Below, in pieces: positions 62,821-64,000 of a stretch of 64,000 bases of DNA (the first letter of the stretch is position 1; each line of letters starts with the position of its first letter). Below the pieces are notes generated by a model. It was not told where the DNA came from. It saw only the letters and a program-made list of their open reading frames with translations, and searched no databases. The DNA lies in NCBI RefSeq assembly GCF_006345805.1, contig NC_043000.1, forward strand, positions 5,580,001-5,644,000. The letters run 5' to 3'. The translations under genes and the position numbers were made by a program. The DNA is from Octopus sinensis. Taxonomy: Eukaryota.

Positions 62821-63622
62821 TTATTTCTTTACTGCCCACAAGGAGCTACACACAGAGGGGACAAACAAGGACAGACAAAGGGATTAAGTCGATTACATCG
62901 ACCCCAGTGCGTAACTGGTACTTTATTTATCGACCCCGAAAGGATGAAAGGCAAAGTCGACCTCGGCGGAATTTGAACTCAGAACGTAACGGCAGGCGAA
63001 ATACCTATTTCTATTTCTTTATTACCCACAAGGGGCTAAACACAGGGGGGACAAACAAGGACAGAGATAGGTATTAAGTCGATTACATCGACCCCAGTGC
63101 GTAACTGGTACTTACTTTATCGACCCCGAAAGGATGAAAGGCAAAGTCGACCTCGTCGGAATTTGAACTCACAACGTAACGGCAGGCGAAATACCTATTT
63201 CTATTTCTTTATTACCCACAAGGGGCTAAACACAGAGGGGACAAACAAGGACAGAGATAGGTATTAAGTCGATTACATCGACCCCAGTGCGTAACTGGTA
63301 CTTAATTTATCGACCCCGAAAGGATGAAAGGCAAAGTCGACCTTGGCGGAATTTGAACTCAAAACATAACGGCAGGCGAAATACCTATTTCTATTTCTTT
63401 ATTACCCACAAGGGGCTAAACACAGAGGGGACAAACAAGGACAGACAAACGGATTAAGTCGATTACATCGACCCCAGTGCGTAACTGGTACTTAATTTAT
63501 CGACCCCGAAAGGATGAAAGGCAAAGTCGACCTCGTCGGAATTTGAACTCACAACGTAACGCAGGCGAAATACCGCTAAGCATTTCGCCCGGCGCGCTAA
63601 TGATTCTGCCAGTTCGCCGCCT
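62821..63622 (-). repeat. Tandem SINE array: one head plus four ~190-bp bodies
   Basis: Unit junctions (atacc|tattt) at 63005, 63195 and 63385; single A-box head at 63575-63622; the array ends in an older SINE at 62645-62820. Confidence 0.93.
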
Positions 63623-63917
63623 TAGCCGACCAGATTATATTTCCTGTGCACAAGATAATGCATTACATTACACAACAATACTTAACAATTTTCCCTCACA
63701 AAAATACACTGCTTTGCATTATGCTACGAACTCAACATTAAGTCAAAGCTGTCATATCTCAATATTTATTACTAAATTTTTTATAACTATTCTTAATAAC
63801 AAGAAAAACATTTTTTTTAATGTATCTTCATTCTGTCCTTGGAAATTTTTCTGCAAGAATATGTGAAATCTTAATAGAAAGTTCACTGTTTTTGTTCTTT
63901 TTTATGTATATTTAATT

Positions 63918-63952
<35 letters not shown>

Positions 63953-64000
63953 TGTATGTATATATTTTTGCATTGTTTCTGTAGCACGAAGTCAATTCTT

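Noticed and set aside
62821-63622. CRISPR-like or hammerhead-retrozyme interpretation of the 190-bp array
   Set aside because: The units are whole SINE bodies with no unique spacers; no CUGANGA/GAAA core was found on either strand.

Overview
Eukaryotic (animal) genomic DNA, AT-rich, very microsatellite-dense and almost entirely transposon-derived. The SINE families and repeat landscape look like an octopus/coleoid cephalopod genome; this is inferred from recalled repeat families, not from a search. No host protein-coding gene can be supported, only weak candidate exons, and there is no rRNA, genuine tRNA or CRISPR. Recognisable content: several R4/Dong-clade RLE non-LTR retrotransposons (one near full length at 1.7-5.9 kb, plus stacks of 3' fragments in (AAT)n), an internally deleted Ty3/gypsy element, CR1/L2-group LINEs (one near full length at 50.5-54.9 kb), a young Tx1/L1-clade fragment in a (TAGG)n array, RTE fragments, mariner, maT/DD37D and Chapaev3-type DNA transposon relics, MITEs and many tRNA-derived SINEs. 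Most interesting: (1) several non-coding elements carry type I hammerhead-ribozyme motifs with palindromic stem III, namely a tRNA-headed SINE at 26.3-26.5 kb and TA-embedded foldback elements at 55.0-57.0 kb with Penelope-like tandem/inverted architecture; (2) different retroelement families each sit in a different microsatellite motif: (AAT)n, (TACA)n, (CCTA)n and (TA)n; (3) a 190-bp one-head/four-body SINE array is joined at a GGTATTT motif that also appears to be the SINE's preferred target.
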